NCBI RefSeq assembly: GCF_036971445.1
Contig: NC_091475.1
Coordinates: forward strand, 157,418,001 to 157,482,000
Direction of reading: 5' to 3'
Origin: Narcine bancroftii
Lineage: Eukaryota
DNA: 64,000 nt
The notes beneath the pieces were generated by a model. It ran no database searches and was not told the DNA's origin. It saw nothing but the letters and a program-made list of their open reading frames with translations. Within the stretch, counting starts at the first letter, position 1. Each line of letters begins with the position of its first letter. Made by a program: the position numbers and the translations under genes. This document shows, in pieces, positions 1 to 9,694 of the stretch.

Positions 1-228
1 GGCAGCAACCTCCTTTGAAGAAGACCACAGAGCCCACCTCACTGAAAAAAGTCAAAGGAGGAAAAACCCAACACCCAACCCCAACCAACCAATTTTCCCC
101 TGCAGCCGCTGCAACCGTGTCTGCCTGTCCCGCATCGGACTTGTCAGCCACAAACGAGCCTGCAGCTGACGTGGACTTTTACCCCCTCCATAAATCTTCG
201 TCCGCGAAGCCAAGCCAAAGAAGAAGAT
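1..228 (+). mobile_element. RTE-clade LINE, 3' end (cut by window edge)
   Basis: Same sequence as the 3' end of the copies at 36.9 and 43.6 kb; ends ...gcgaagccaagccaaagaagaaga (AAG-type tail). Confidence 0.85.
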
Positions 229-239
229 TATAGCCTAAT

Positions 240-1075
240 GAAACAAACGGCTTTCTCACTGCCTGTGGGAAGAAGCTGTTTATCAGCCTGATGGTCCTGG
301 CTCTGATACTCCTGTATCTCTTTCCCGATGGGAGGAGCCAAAAGATGCTGTGCGTGTGGTGGTGGAGGTCCTGAACAATTTTATGTGCGCGCTTCAGATA
401 ATGGTCCCAGAAGATCAAGTTGATGGGGGGGGGGGGTGGGGTGGGGTGTTGGTGGGGAGGGAGCCCTGAGTGATCCTCTCTGCTGCTCTTATGGTCCTGT
501 GGATTAACCTCCAATTGAATGCTCTCCAGCAAATGTATCTCACTGTGATGCAGTCAGCCAGGACACTCTGGATAGAGCACCTGTAGAAAGTTGACAGGAT
601 TGTGGTCAGTGACCTTGCCTGCCTCAGCCTTCTGAGGAAGTGCAGTCACTGTTGTGCTTCCTGACAAGTGAGGACATGTTTGTCCAGGATGGGTCTCTTC
701 TTAAGTGGACTCCAATGAACTTTATGGTCTCTACTCTCCCCACTACTGAGCTATTAATGTGAAGTGGAGGGTGGTCGTCTTGGTCCTCCTGAAGTCCACA
801 ATCATCTCCCTGTCTTGTCCATCTTGAGACTAGTTGTTATTCTTGCATCATTTCACGAGTCTTTCCACCTGTTCTCTGTAATGCGACTCATCATTGTTGC
901 TGACGATGCCAATTACTGTCATGTAAATTGCAAACTTGATGACTCTGTTGGAGCTGGATCAGGTGTTGTAGTTGTGGGTCAGTAGCACGAACAGAAGTGT
1001 GCTGAGCACACAGCCCCTGAGCACACAGCGTGACAATCTGCTACCAACACAGACAGGCTGTGGTCTTTCTGTAAT
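240..1075 (-). mobile_element. Rex1/Babar-like LINE, 3' RT region, decayed
   Basis: Minus ORF 179..532 contains LLPSGKRYRSIRARTIRLINSFFPQAVR, typical Rex1/Babar C-terminus; homologous to 11.0-11.7 kb. Confidence 0.8.
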
Positions 1076-1202
1076 GACAGCTTCTCTAGTAGCCTCTGGG
1101 GAATGATTATTATTCTCTAATGACCTTCTGGTTTAGTAGTTGAGCCTTGACTGCTCTCTGAAAGGAGTGGGAAACCATATTTCAGAGACAATTGGTCTAG
1201 AG

Positions 1203-1319
1203 CAGTGGTTCTCAACCTTCCCTTCCCACTCATATACCACCTTAAGCAATTCCTTACCAATCACAGAGCACTTATGGCATGGGGTTGCTTGAGGTGGAAT
1301 GTGAGTTTGAAAACCACTG
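1203..1319. mobile_element. hAT/Charlie-like MITE
   Basis: TIRs cagtggttctcaa...ttgaaaaccactg; 8-bp flanks gtctagag / atctagag; same family at 61472-61831. Confidence 0.8.
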
Positions 1320-1489
1320 ATCTAGAGGTTTCAGACTTCAGGCTGCTGTTCCTTCTGCCTGAAGTGAGAAGAGACCAAAATCAGGGTTGGCAGGCTGGCA
1401 AAAGACTTCTTCCTGCAGGCTGTGAGATTGATGAATAGTATTCTGTAACGTTGGGTGTCTTTTAAACAAAATGGAATAAATTATTCCAA

Positions 1490-1630
1490 CATGTTTCTAT
1501 ATATTTTATATTTTTGTGTCTATTTTTGATTATGTGCTATGTATTATGTGTGCATTTGTGTCCACCATGGTCCAGAGAAACACTATTTCAGCGGGTTGTC
1601 AATGTATAGTCAGAGGAAAGTAAACTTAAT
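1490..1630 (+). repeat. Rex1-like LINE 3' UTR fragment
   Basis: Resembles the 3' UTRs at 11.8 kb and 48.55-48.66 kb (ggtccagagaaacactatttc...aaacttaa). Confidence 0.45.
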
Positions 1631-1973
1631 GCTTCTCCCTGCATTTCTCATGGAGTGATTGTGTATGGTAAATATCTGGGCAATGTGCTTTCCAGGTTGT
1701 TAATAATTGTAATCCTGTTGAATGGAGGGAGTTGACACAATTATTGGAGATGGCATTTGTGTTTTATGAATATTGGATTGGTGAAGTTGTGATCAAGCGG
1801 TTTGAAACCAGTCTTCATATTCTCTGTTAAGTTGTACCAACCAAAATGAGCTCAATTTCCTTTTGCAGGCGATTTTTTAAAAACTCCTGACAGTTTAGTA
1901 GTATGTGCAAAGTAAATGTTGAAGGGCCTGTACTGTGGTGTAATGTTTTATTTTCTAAATGAATCTTGAAAGG

Positions 1974-2266
1974 TGTGGTGGTACACCACAGGCCTACTGC
2001 AGGGGGAAACCTCTGTACCTGTAGGAGTGTAAGGGGACAGGACAAAACCTGACTGGCTGTCAATCAGTCGGCCTGAATGGATCAAGCCCCACCCGGTCAG
2101 GTGTCAATCACCCTCTGGGATATAAGCCTGTGCCGGCATCCTGAGGCCTCACTCAGAATTGCTGCAGCCCACAGCCAGCCTGGCTCTGTGGAAGTCTTTG
2201 TGGATTAAAGCCTGTTGTATAGTCTTTACCTTGTCTGTGTCTGATTTTGTCTATCAGCACACCACA
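1974..2266 (+). repeat. 5' LTR (TATA-like gatataag ~2119, ATTAAA 2204-2209)
   Basis: Direct repeat of 6455-6739; begins tgtgg, ends ccaca. Confidence 0.92.
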
Positions 2267-2297
2267 ATTTAATCCACAAAATTTTCCCACAGCTGCC

Positions 2298-3050
2298 ATG
2301 GAAAAACTCCTGTGCGTAGGGAGCCTTGAAGTCGACTCACACCACCCAGAAGCCCAGACACGCTTCGAGATCTGGCAGCACGCGGTCGAAGCAATCATCG
2401 AGTCACACGAGGGCGACGTCCTGGACTCCGATTGGAAGAGGTTGGTCCTACTCTGGTCAAAGCTGGGTCCCTGCACCTTCCAGGTAACCAAAGGATGCTC
2501 CACGTACAAGAGTGCAATGGATACTCTCGAGAACTTGTACAAGCCCCCCATGAATGTGGTCTGTGCAAGGTATCTCCTCAATACCCTAGCCCGGCAACCC
2601 AGGGAGATGGCTGAGTCTTACCTAGGATACTTGCAAGAGTTGGCCCGACCATGTCTGGCTGAACCCAGGGTAGGTGTAGAGGAGGTCGAGAGGCTGATCC
2701 GCGACGCTTTTGTCCGAGGGCCACACTCGAGGGCCATCCGGCAGAAGCTGCTGGAAGACAATATCTATGCCCTAATCAGGACTGTGGAAGTGGTCCAAAC
2801 CCTGGAAACAGCAGCCCTTCACATCAAAGCCTTTGATTACAGGTTCCCCCAGGCTCCCTCATGGCCCTCTCACACTGTAGCTGCAGCCCCAGGCTGAGCT
2901 GGGGAGGAGAACATCACTGTGGTAGGCGCCCGGTGCCCCTGTTAGTACTGTGAGTCCTGGTGTGGGTCAGATTGACGATCGCACCAAAACTGCCCAGCTA
3001 GGAACCAGTATTGTTCCTGATGCGGCAAGAAAGGCCAAAAGTGTGCCTCT
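2298..3050 (+). pseudogene. gag: Gypsy gag (capsid plus degenerate zinc knuckles)
   Basis: ORF 2247..2897, likely start MEKLL at 2298; includes LIRDAFVRG..IRQKLLE; after the stop, CPARNQYCS.CGKKG knuckle remnant. Confidence 0.85.
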
Positions 3051-3654
3051 CTAAACCTGCCGGCAGCTCAGCGGCCCTCTGACCTCCCCACCTCCCCCGC
3101 GGACCCCCCCATGTGCATGTGCTGGGTGGCGCCATTGTCCCTGCGATGACTTCCCCCTTCCTCGACTTCGACCGCGCAACATCCGGCCCCGCCAGCGACC
3201 ATCACAGCATGTGCCCCAAGTATCTGCACCAGCCCCCGCCGCTCACTGAGAACTACAGCGATGTCACTTCCAGCTGACATAATGACGTCACTGCTGCCGG
3301 CCGTGATGAAGTCACTTCCCCTGGTGCAGCGGACACGGCTGAGGAAGGAGGCCAGCCATGCAATGGCCCCCCACGTGTCACTGCCATCTTGGGCCAGGCA
3401 GCACCCAACATGGAGGGCCCCTGGAATGTTGAGAACAACGTGGTCAATATGGGCATTGACCAGACCACCCAACCAACGCTCCCCTCACCTCTGGATACTG
3501 CATGCTGCACCTCACGACCGATGTTGATGTAGTCAACATGGGCAATGACCAGGCCACCCTATCGACACTCTCCATCCCTCCGGATAGCGATGACTCCGAG
3601 ATGGTCCTGGCCGCCACCACGCTGACCAGGGACATCCCCCATGATCTCGAGCGC

Positions 3655-6114
3655 TCGATGATGGATGTGTGAGTCAACGGGCAGGTAACAAAGTGCCTGT
3701 TGGACAGTGGCAGCACCGAGAGCTTCATTCACTCGAGTGTGGCCCACTCCCTAAGGTTAAAGGTCCACCCCACCACCTGCTCGATCACCCTCGCCGCCAA
3801 GGATAAGACTGTTGGTACCCTCAGGCACTGCTCGGTTGATTTAACGGTGAGAGGGGAGACTTACACAGGATTCAGGCTCCTGGTCATGCCCAAACTCTGC
3901 ACACCACTCCTCCTGGGCCAGGATTTCCAGTGCCACCTGTAGAATGTCACCCTTGCCTTTGGGGGGCCCCAACCTCCACTCACATTGCACAGCACGCCAA
4001 CCTACCAGCCCCGGCCAACCTGCAGCCTCTCCACACTGTGCATCACCCCATCAGTGCTTTTTCCACATCTTGCGCTAGGCTGCAAGCCGATCGCCCCCAG
4101 AAGTAGGCACTATTGCACTGCAGACAGGCACTTCATCAAGGCAGAGGTTCGGCGACTCCTGGCGGAAGGTGTTATAGAGCCCAGTAATGGCCCTTGGAGA
4201 GCCCAAGTCCTGGTGGTCAAAGGGGGAAGTAAGCTGAGGATGGTCGTGGATCACAGCCAGACCATTAATTGATACACCCAGCTGGATGCCTACCCCCTGT
4301 CGAGGATCGCCGACATGGTCAATGAGATAGCGCACTACTAGGTTTTCTCCACAATTGACCTGAAATAGGCGTATCACCAAATCCCTATCCACCAGAAGGA
4401 CAAGCCTACACCGCCTTTGAGGCGGACGGGTGCCTGTACCAGTTCCGCCGGGTTCCTTTTAGGGTCACGAATAGGGTCTCCATCTTCCAGTGGAAGATGG
4501 ATCACATGGTAGACCGGCACAAGTTGAAGGTGACGTTCCCAAATCTGGATAACGTCACTATCAGCGTATTCAGCACCACCCGCTTTGCTATTCTGGGGTA
4601 CATCGTGGCTCATGGAGTTGTCGGCCCAGATCTGGAAAGGATGCGCCCATTAATGGAGTTACCCCTCCCCCCCACACTAAAGGCCCTCCGCAGGTGCCTG
4701 GGTCTGTTCCCTTATTACTCGCAGTGGGTCCATCACTTCTCGGACAAGTTCCCCCACTGGCCCAAGCCACAACTTTTCCCCTCCCACCTGAGGTGCAGGC
4801 AGCCTTCACCTGCATCAGGCAAGACATCGCGGATGCCACAATGCAGGCTGTGGATGAGGACTTCCCCCTTCCAGGTAGAGAGTGATGCCTCTGAGGTGGC
4901 CCTCACTTCTACCCTCAACCAAGAGGGCTGCCCCATTGCCTTCTTCTCCAGGACCCTCCACGGCTCCGAGCTAGGGCACTCTGCCATTGGAAAGGAGGCC
5001 CAGGTGATTGTGGAAGCGGTCCGCCACTGGTGCCACTACCTGGCCAGCAGGAGATTCATACTCCTCACAGACCAGCAGGCCGTGGCGTTCATGTTTAACA
5101 CTACCCACAAGAGCAAGATCAAGAACGACAAGATCCTGCACTGGAGAGTCGAGCTGGCAACCTACAGCTATGACATTAAGTACCGCCCTGGGAAGTTTAA
5201 TGACTCCTCTGATGCCCTCTCTCGTACCTGCGCATCTATGCATGACGACAGGTTGCAGGGATTGCATGAGTCCCTCTGCCATCTGGGCGTCACCCGGTTG
5301 TACCATTTCGTTAAGTCCCAAAATCTGCCTTACATCGTCAGGGACATGACCGAGGCCTGTTAGGTCTGTGCAGAGTGTAAACCCCGTTTTTTCCGCACCC
5401 CAGGCCCACGTTGTAAAGGCTACTCAGCCTTTTGAACGTCTCAGCATGGACTTCAAACAGTCCATGCCTTCCACGAACCGAAACGTCTACTTTCTCATGG
5501 TAGTGGACGAGTACTCGTGCTTCCCTTTCGCCATCCCTTGTCTGGACACCTCCATGGCCACCGTCATCAGGGCCTTGGCAGATTTTCACCGGGGGTCTAG
5601 TTTCATGAGTGACGAGCTGCGCCAGTACCTGATGGCGAGGGGCATCGCGACCAGTTGCACGACAAGCTATAACCCGAGAGGCAACGGGCAAGTGGAACGT
5701 GAGGATGGGGTGGTCTGGAATGCCGTCCTCCTGGCTCTCAGGTCAAAAGGATGGGCCATCGAGTACTGGCAGGACGCCCTGCCCGAGGCGCTCCATGCCA
5801 TTCGGTCACTGCTATGCACAGCTACTAACGAGACCCCTCACGAACGTCTTTTCTCATTCCCCAGGAGGTTGGCAACTGGAATGCCACTTCCAGCATGGCT
5901 CACGTCCCCGGGACCGGTGCTTCTGCGTAAGCATGTACAGTCACACAAGGCCGAAGCCCTGGTAGAGCAGGCTTTCCTCCTTCATGCAAACCATAACTAC
6001 GCTTATGTTGGGTTTGGCAGTGGCAGAGAGGACACTGTTTCAACCAGGGACCTGGCACCAGCAGGAGCACCCACCACACCACGCCACCCTCCAACCAGGA
6101 TGACACTGATCTAG
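3655..6114 (+). pseudogene. pol: Gypsy pol (protease, RT, RNase H, integrase), many stops and frameshifts
   Basis: LLDSGSTESF protease; PWRAQVLVV/RMVVDHSQTIN/LDAYPL RT; VESDASEVAL..TDQQAV RNase H; PFERLSMDFK..YNPRGNGQVER..PGPVLLRKHV integrase. Confidence 0.92.
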
Positions 6115-6454
6115 GATGATACATCTCCGTCCCCAGACAACTATGGGGCACACAGGGCCTCCTTGACTACCAGGGACCTGCTTCAGACTTAGGAGATGAA
6201 CCCACCTCCCACCCATCCAATACGACCCGCATTCGTCGACCCCGGCCCCCCTGGCCACCCCTCCGCGCGGCACCACACCAGCCACATACGCCCCTGCTGC
6301 CAGCCACCCCACTTCCCCTCTGACCAGTGACCAGGAGCCATTCCTACGACAGTCACAGAGACCCCGGTGGCCGCTGAATCATCTCAACTGTAAATATAGT
6401 GCGATTCCTTGTTACTGTCCCCCACTCCGGGATAATTTTAAAGAAGGGGGTGAA

Positions 6455-6739
6455 TGTAGAGGTACAACACTGGCCTACTGCAGGGGGAAACCTCTGTACC
6501 TGCAGGAGTGTAAGGACAACACCTGAATGGCTGTCAATCAGTTGGCCTGAATGGATCAAGCCCCACCCAGTCGGGTGTCAATCACCCTCCAGGATATAAG
6601 CCTGCGCCGGCCTCCCGAGGCCTCACTCAGAGTTACTGCAGCCACAGCCAGCTTGTCTCTGTGGAAGTCTTTGTGGATTAAAGCCTGTTGTACAGTCTTT
6701 ACCTTGTGTGTGTCTGATTCTGTCTAACAGCACACCACA
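6455..6739 (+). repeat. 3' LTR
   Basis: Follows the polypurine tract; direct repeat of 1974-2266. Confidence 0.92.
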
Positions 6740-7242
6740 GAAGGCTACAAACTTTTGACTGTCTCCAGAGTGATGTGACAAAAGATAAAGTCAAAAGGAC
6801 AAGGAATTTTATGAAAGTGAATTGAAAGTCAAGTGTCTTTGTGGTGAAGTTACCTGTTTATTGCCAGAGTAATGTCTGAGACTCTGCTTGAGAACAATCT
6901 ATACAAGCTATATGATAAAATATCTTGTAACTTCAGTCATTGCTGCAGGCTTTTAAATAGCATTCACTAAACCTTTGTAACAGATTTTAAAAATAAATCT
7001 GGGTAAAAATAATGCCTGCCATTGAAACACTGCAAAACGATCCTTTGTAGAGTTCTAGATATCAACTGAACACAAAAATGTGATTTGTTCTTTCTCTGGT
7101 TTGTTTTCTGGCTTGCAGACTGCTTTTTTTTTCCTGTACCTTTGCTAGTTATTTGTGCTGTAGTGTGATTGAGAATTTCTGTGAGAATGAAATACAAAAA
7201 TGACAGTTGCTCTAAAGTGCACTCAAATCGCCATCAGTGATT

Positions 7243-7345
7243 TAGTCCTAATGCAGGGTCTCGACCTGAAACATTAACAATTCCTTTCCCTTCACAGATG
7301 CTGCTTGATCCACTCAATTCCACTAGCAGCTTGTTTTTGTTCCAT
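7243..7345 (+). repeat. Penelope-like terminal (pLTR) fragment with degenerate hammerhead core
   Basis: ctaatgcagggtctcgacctgaaac followed by cacagatgctgcttgatcc...cagc; similar to 46.6-46.8 kb and 49.2-49.4 kb. Confidence 0.55.
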
Positions 7346-8287
7346 TAGTTCTAACTGAAACGACCTTTTCTGAGACATTGGGCATGCTTGCTTGCATTAC
7401 TCTAACATTATTTTCCTCAATTGATGATAAGGCTGGTCTCATTGAAGTCACCTCTACAATGACGATCAGAATGAGGTAAAAGACCAAATATAAATTATTC
7501 ATTTATTTTACCCATTTGCTCTTGGATAGATCATACGCTCAATATTGTGCATTTCGTGGACAGATAGGCTTTGCTCAATTTCGGTTGGATAGAGCTATAT
7601 TAATCCTATTGCAGATCAATAGGAATTCAAAGTTGCAGAGTTTTAGACCTGTTACAGTAGCAGGGAGGATATTTGTCCTCCATCCCTGCAATGACATCAT
7701 CCTCCTCTTCCTCCCTCTCCCCCCATCCCCAGGGTCTTCACCAATACTATTCCTAAAGCTTTCCAACTGTGCAGTGAAGATCATCCTCTTTACTGCCATT
7801 AGACGTTAAAATTATCTAGAGCTTTTGCACAGTGAACCTTCAACTTCGCCATAATGAAACAGCTGATGGTATGAAACGTTAAAAGTTTCCTCAGCACTTG
7901 TGTGTACTGCATGTATTTTGTGCATTTTTGACAGTTTTTACTCAATTCTTGCCCAGAATTTTTTTTTTAATGGATGTGCTTACTGTGAAATGTTGAACCC
8001 TCTAGGAATCAATTTCCATCTGCTAATGTATAGGAGACATCCTGACGTTATCTGTTCATAGCTATGGACAAATCTCAGTGATCTGATTTGCTACAGTTGC
8101 TCTGGACTCATTCCTTTCAAAAGTAATTCTAAAAATACCTCAGTTTTTGATTTGAATTCAACTGGTCACATACCTAACGATCTCCTTGTAAAGCTTACTG
8201 ATCTGTTTTGACAATTAAACAATTGCTCACTATGAGATTGCAAAAATATACTGCTATGTTGGCAAAGCTATTTTGTGAGGAAATTGG

Positions 8288-8727
8288 AAGGTCTAGGACA
8301 TTTTGGCGTCCACAGCTTGGTGCTGGACATTTTGGCCTGCCACCCCACTCACTGTCTGCTGACCCACTCTGTCCCGTCACACTTATTTGTATGATTATTT
8401 AATGTATAACAATAAATCCAAAATGTTTTCTGGGGAAGCGATTTTCTGTGGGGAGGGAGTTTCTGCAATGCAGGGGATTCAGGCAGTGGTTTCTGAAATG
8501 CTGGCACCCAGGCCAGCACCAAACATGTATATCAATAAATATTTGCTGGGGGAGGGTTAGATTATATGTAGAGTGAGTGATTATTTAATAAGTATAAAAA
8601 TAAACCCCAAAATGTTTCTGAAGTGATGCAGTGCCGGAGTTTGCTGGGCCAACGCCAAACTGTCCAATGGCCTACAAAAAATCATTTTTTCTTTGCCAAA
8701 ATGTCCAGCACCAAAATGTCTGATTCT
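8288..8727. mobile_element. Non-autonomous DNA transposon / MITE with repeated ggacattttgg subterminal motifs
   Basis: Left ggacattttgg x2 (ggtgctggacattttggc) mirrored by gccaaaatgtccagcaccaaaatgtc; flanked by direct repeat ggaaattgg (8279-8287, 8728-8736). Confidence 0.6.
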
Positions 8728-9369
8728 GGAAATTGGAAAGAGTTCTCGATTAAACTTTTAGAGTTTATATGTCAAAGCATCTATCACAAATCTAGGAGAA
8801 TCCCTGACATGTGTTCCTGTGTATATGGATTGCAAGACTCACTCCAATGCAAATACCACTGAAATTGCATTTTGGTAGGAGCACAACTGCACTGTAAATT
8901 ACTCTTTGTTTCTTGTGACATTGGGCATGGAAAATAGCAGAACATGTGTGCATTGGACACTCCAGGTTATTCAGATCATTATTTCATTAATTGTGTGTTA
9001 CCAAAATAATCACAGTGTGATATTTTGGCAGAGTTAAGCTTGAAGGAGAGTGAAAAAGGGAAAAGATCAGATTAGGGAGGCATTCCCAAGGTTAGGGTTT
9101 TTTTTGTACCTGAAGGCACATCTGTGAATGTGGAATGAATACTGTTCGGTTGATTAAAATTTTAGAATTAGAGAGAGTCCGGTGTATTGGGAGTTGGGGT
9201 GGGGTGGGAAGGGGATGCTGGTTTTAGGACTGAAGGAGATGAGAGAGAAGGGCAGACCATAGAAAGATTTGAAATCAAAGATGAACATTTTAAAATAAGA
9301 ACTTTGGCTTCGTGCTTCCCAAGGAGAGGGATAGTGTTGAAAGCAAGGCATCAGAAAATGTGATGCAGA

Positions 9370-9690
9370 CTAGATCAGATCAGATCCTATACTATTTATT
9401 GTCATGTAATAAAGCAGAAATAGTAACATTGCACGAAAATGCCTTTCTTATGACAAAGATTTTCCATTAGCATTGCCAAGTGCCCCTTACAGTCAGAGAA
9501 AGAGAAGCAAGAGAGTATCCTTAGAGTCACTGAGTGTCTGTGGATTCACCTCCAGGGCTCTTGCAGCCTGTGCCACCGCACAAGATTCCAGTTCAAACCC
9601 TAGCCCATATCCAAACCATTGACACGATAAGAAAGCCTTCAGCACCCAACATTCTTCGGGAGCCCTTCTTGGCCTCAGCATCCTCTTGAA
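9370..9690 (-). repeat. Unclassified retroposon 3' region (tail (tctga)n plus AATAAA on minus strand)
   Basis: agatcagatcagatc..tttattgtcatgtaataa..agagaagcaagagag; similar copy at 63228-63365. Confidence 0.45.
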
Positions 9691-9694
9691 TCCC

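Larger units (their letters stand above)
1974..6739 (+). mobile_element. Full-length decayed Ty3/Gypsy LTR retrotransposon (gag-PR-RT-RNaseH-IN)
   Basis: TG...CA LTRs at 1974-2266 and 6455-6739; PPT aagaagggggtgaa before the 3' LTR; flanks aaagg/gaagg (probable TSD); Gypsy domain order. Confidence 0.95.

Noticed and set aside
6114-6454. env-like or extra ORF between integrase and the 3' LTR
   Set aside because: Only ~340 bp, Pro-rich integrase tail/UTR with a short internal repeat (ccagggacctg); no signal peptide or TM segment.
9030-9350. Possible L2-type LINE remnant (also ~43130-43550)
   Set aside because: Purine-rich resemblance only; too decayed to support with a protein motif.
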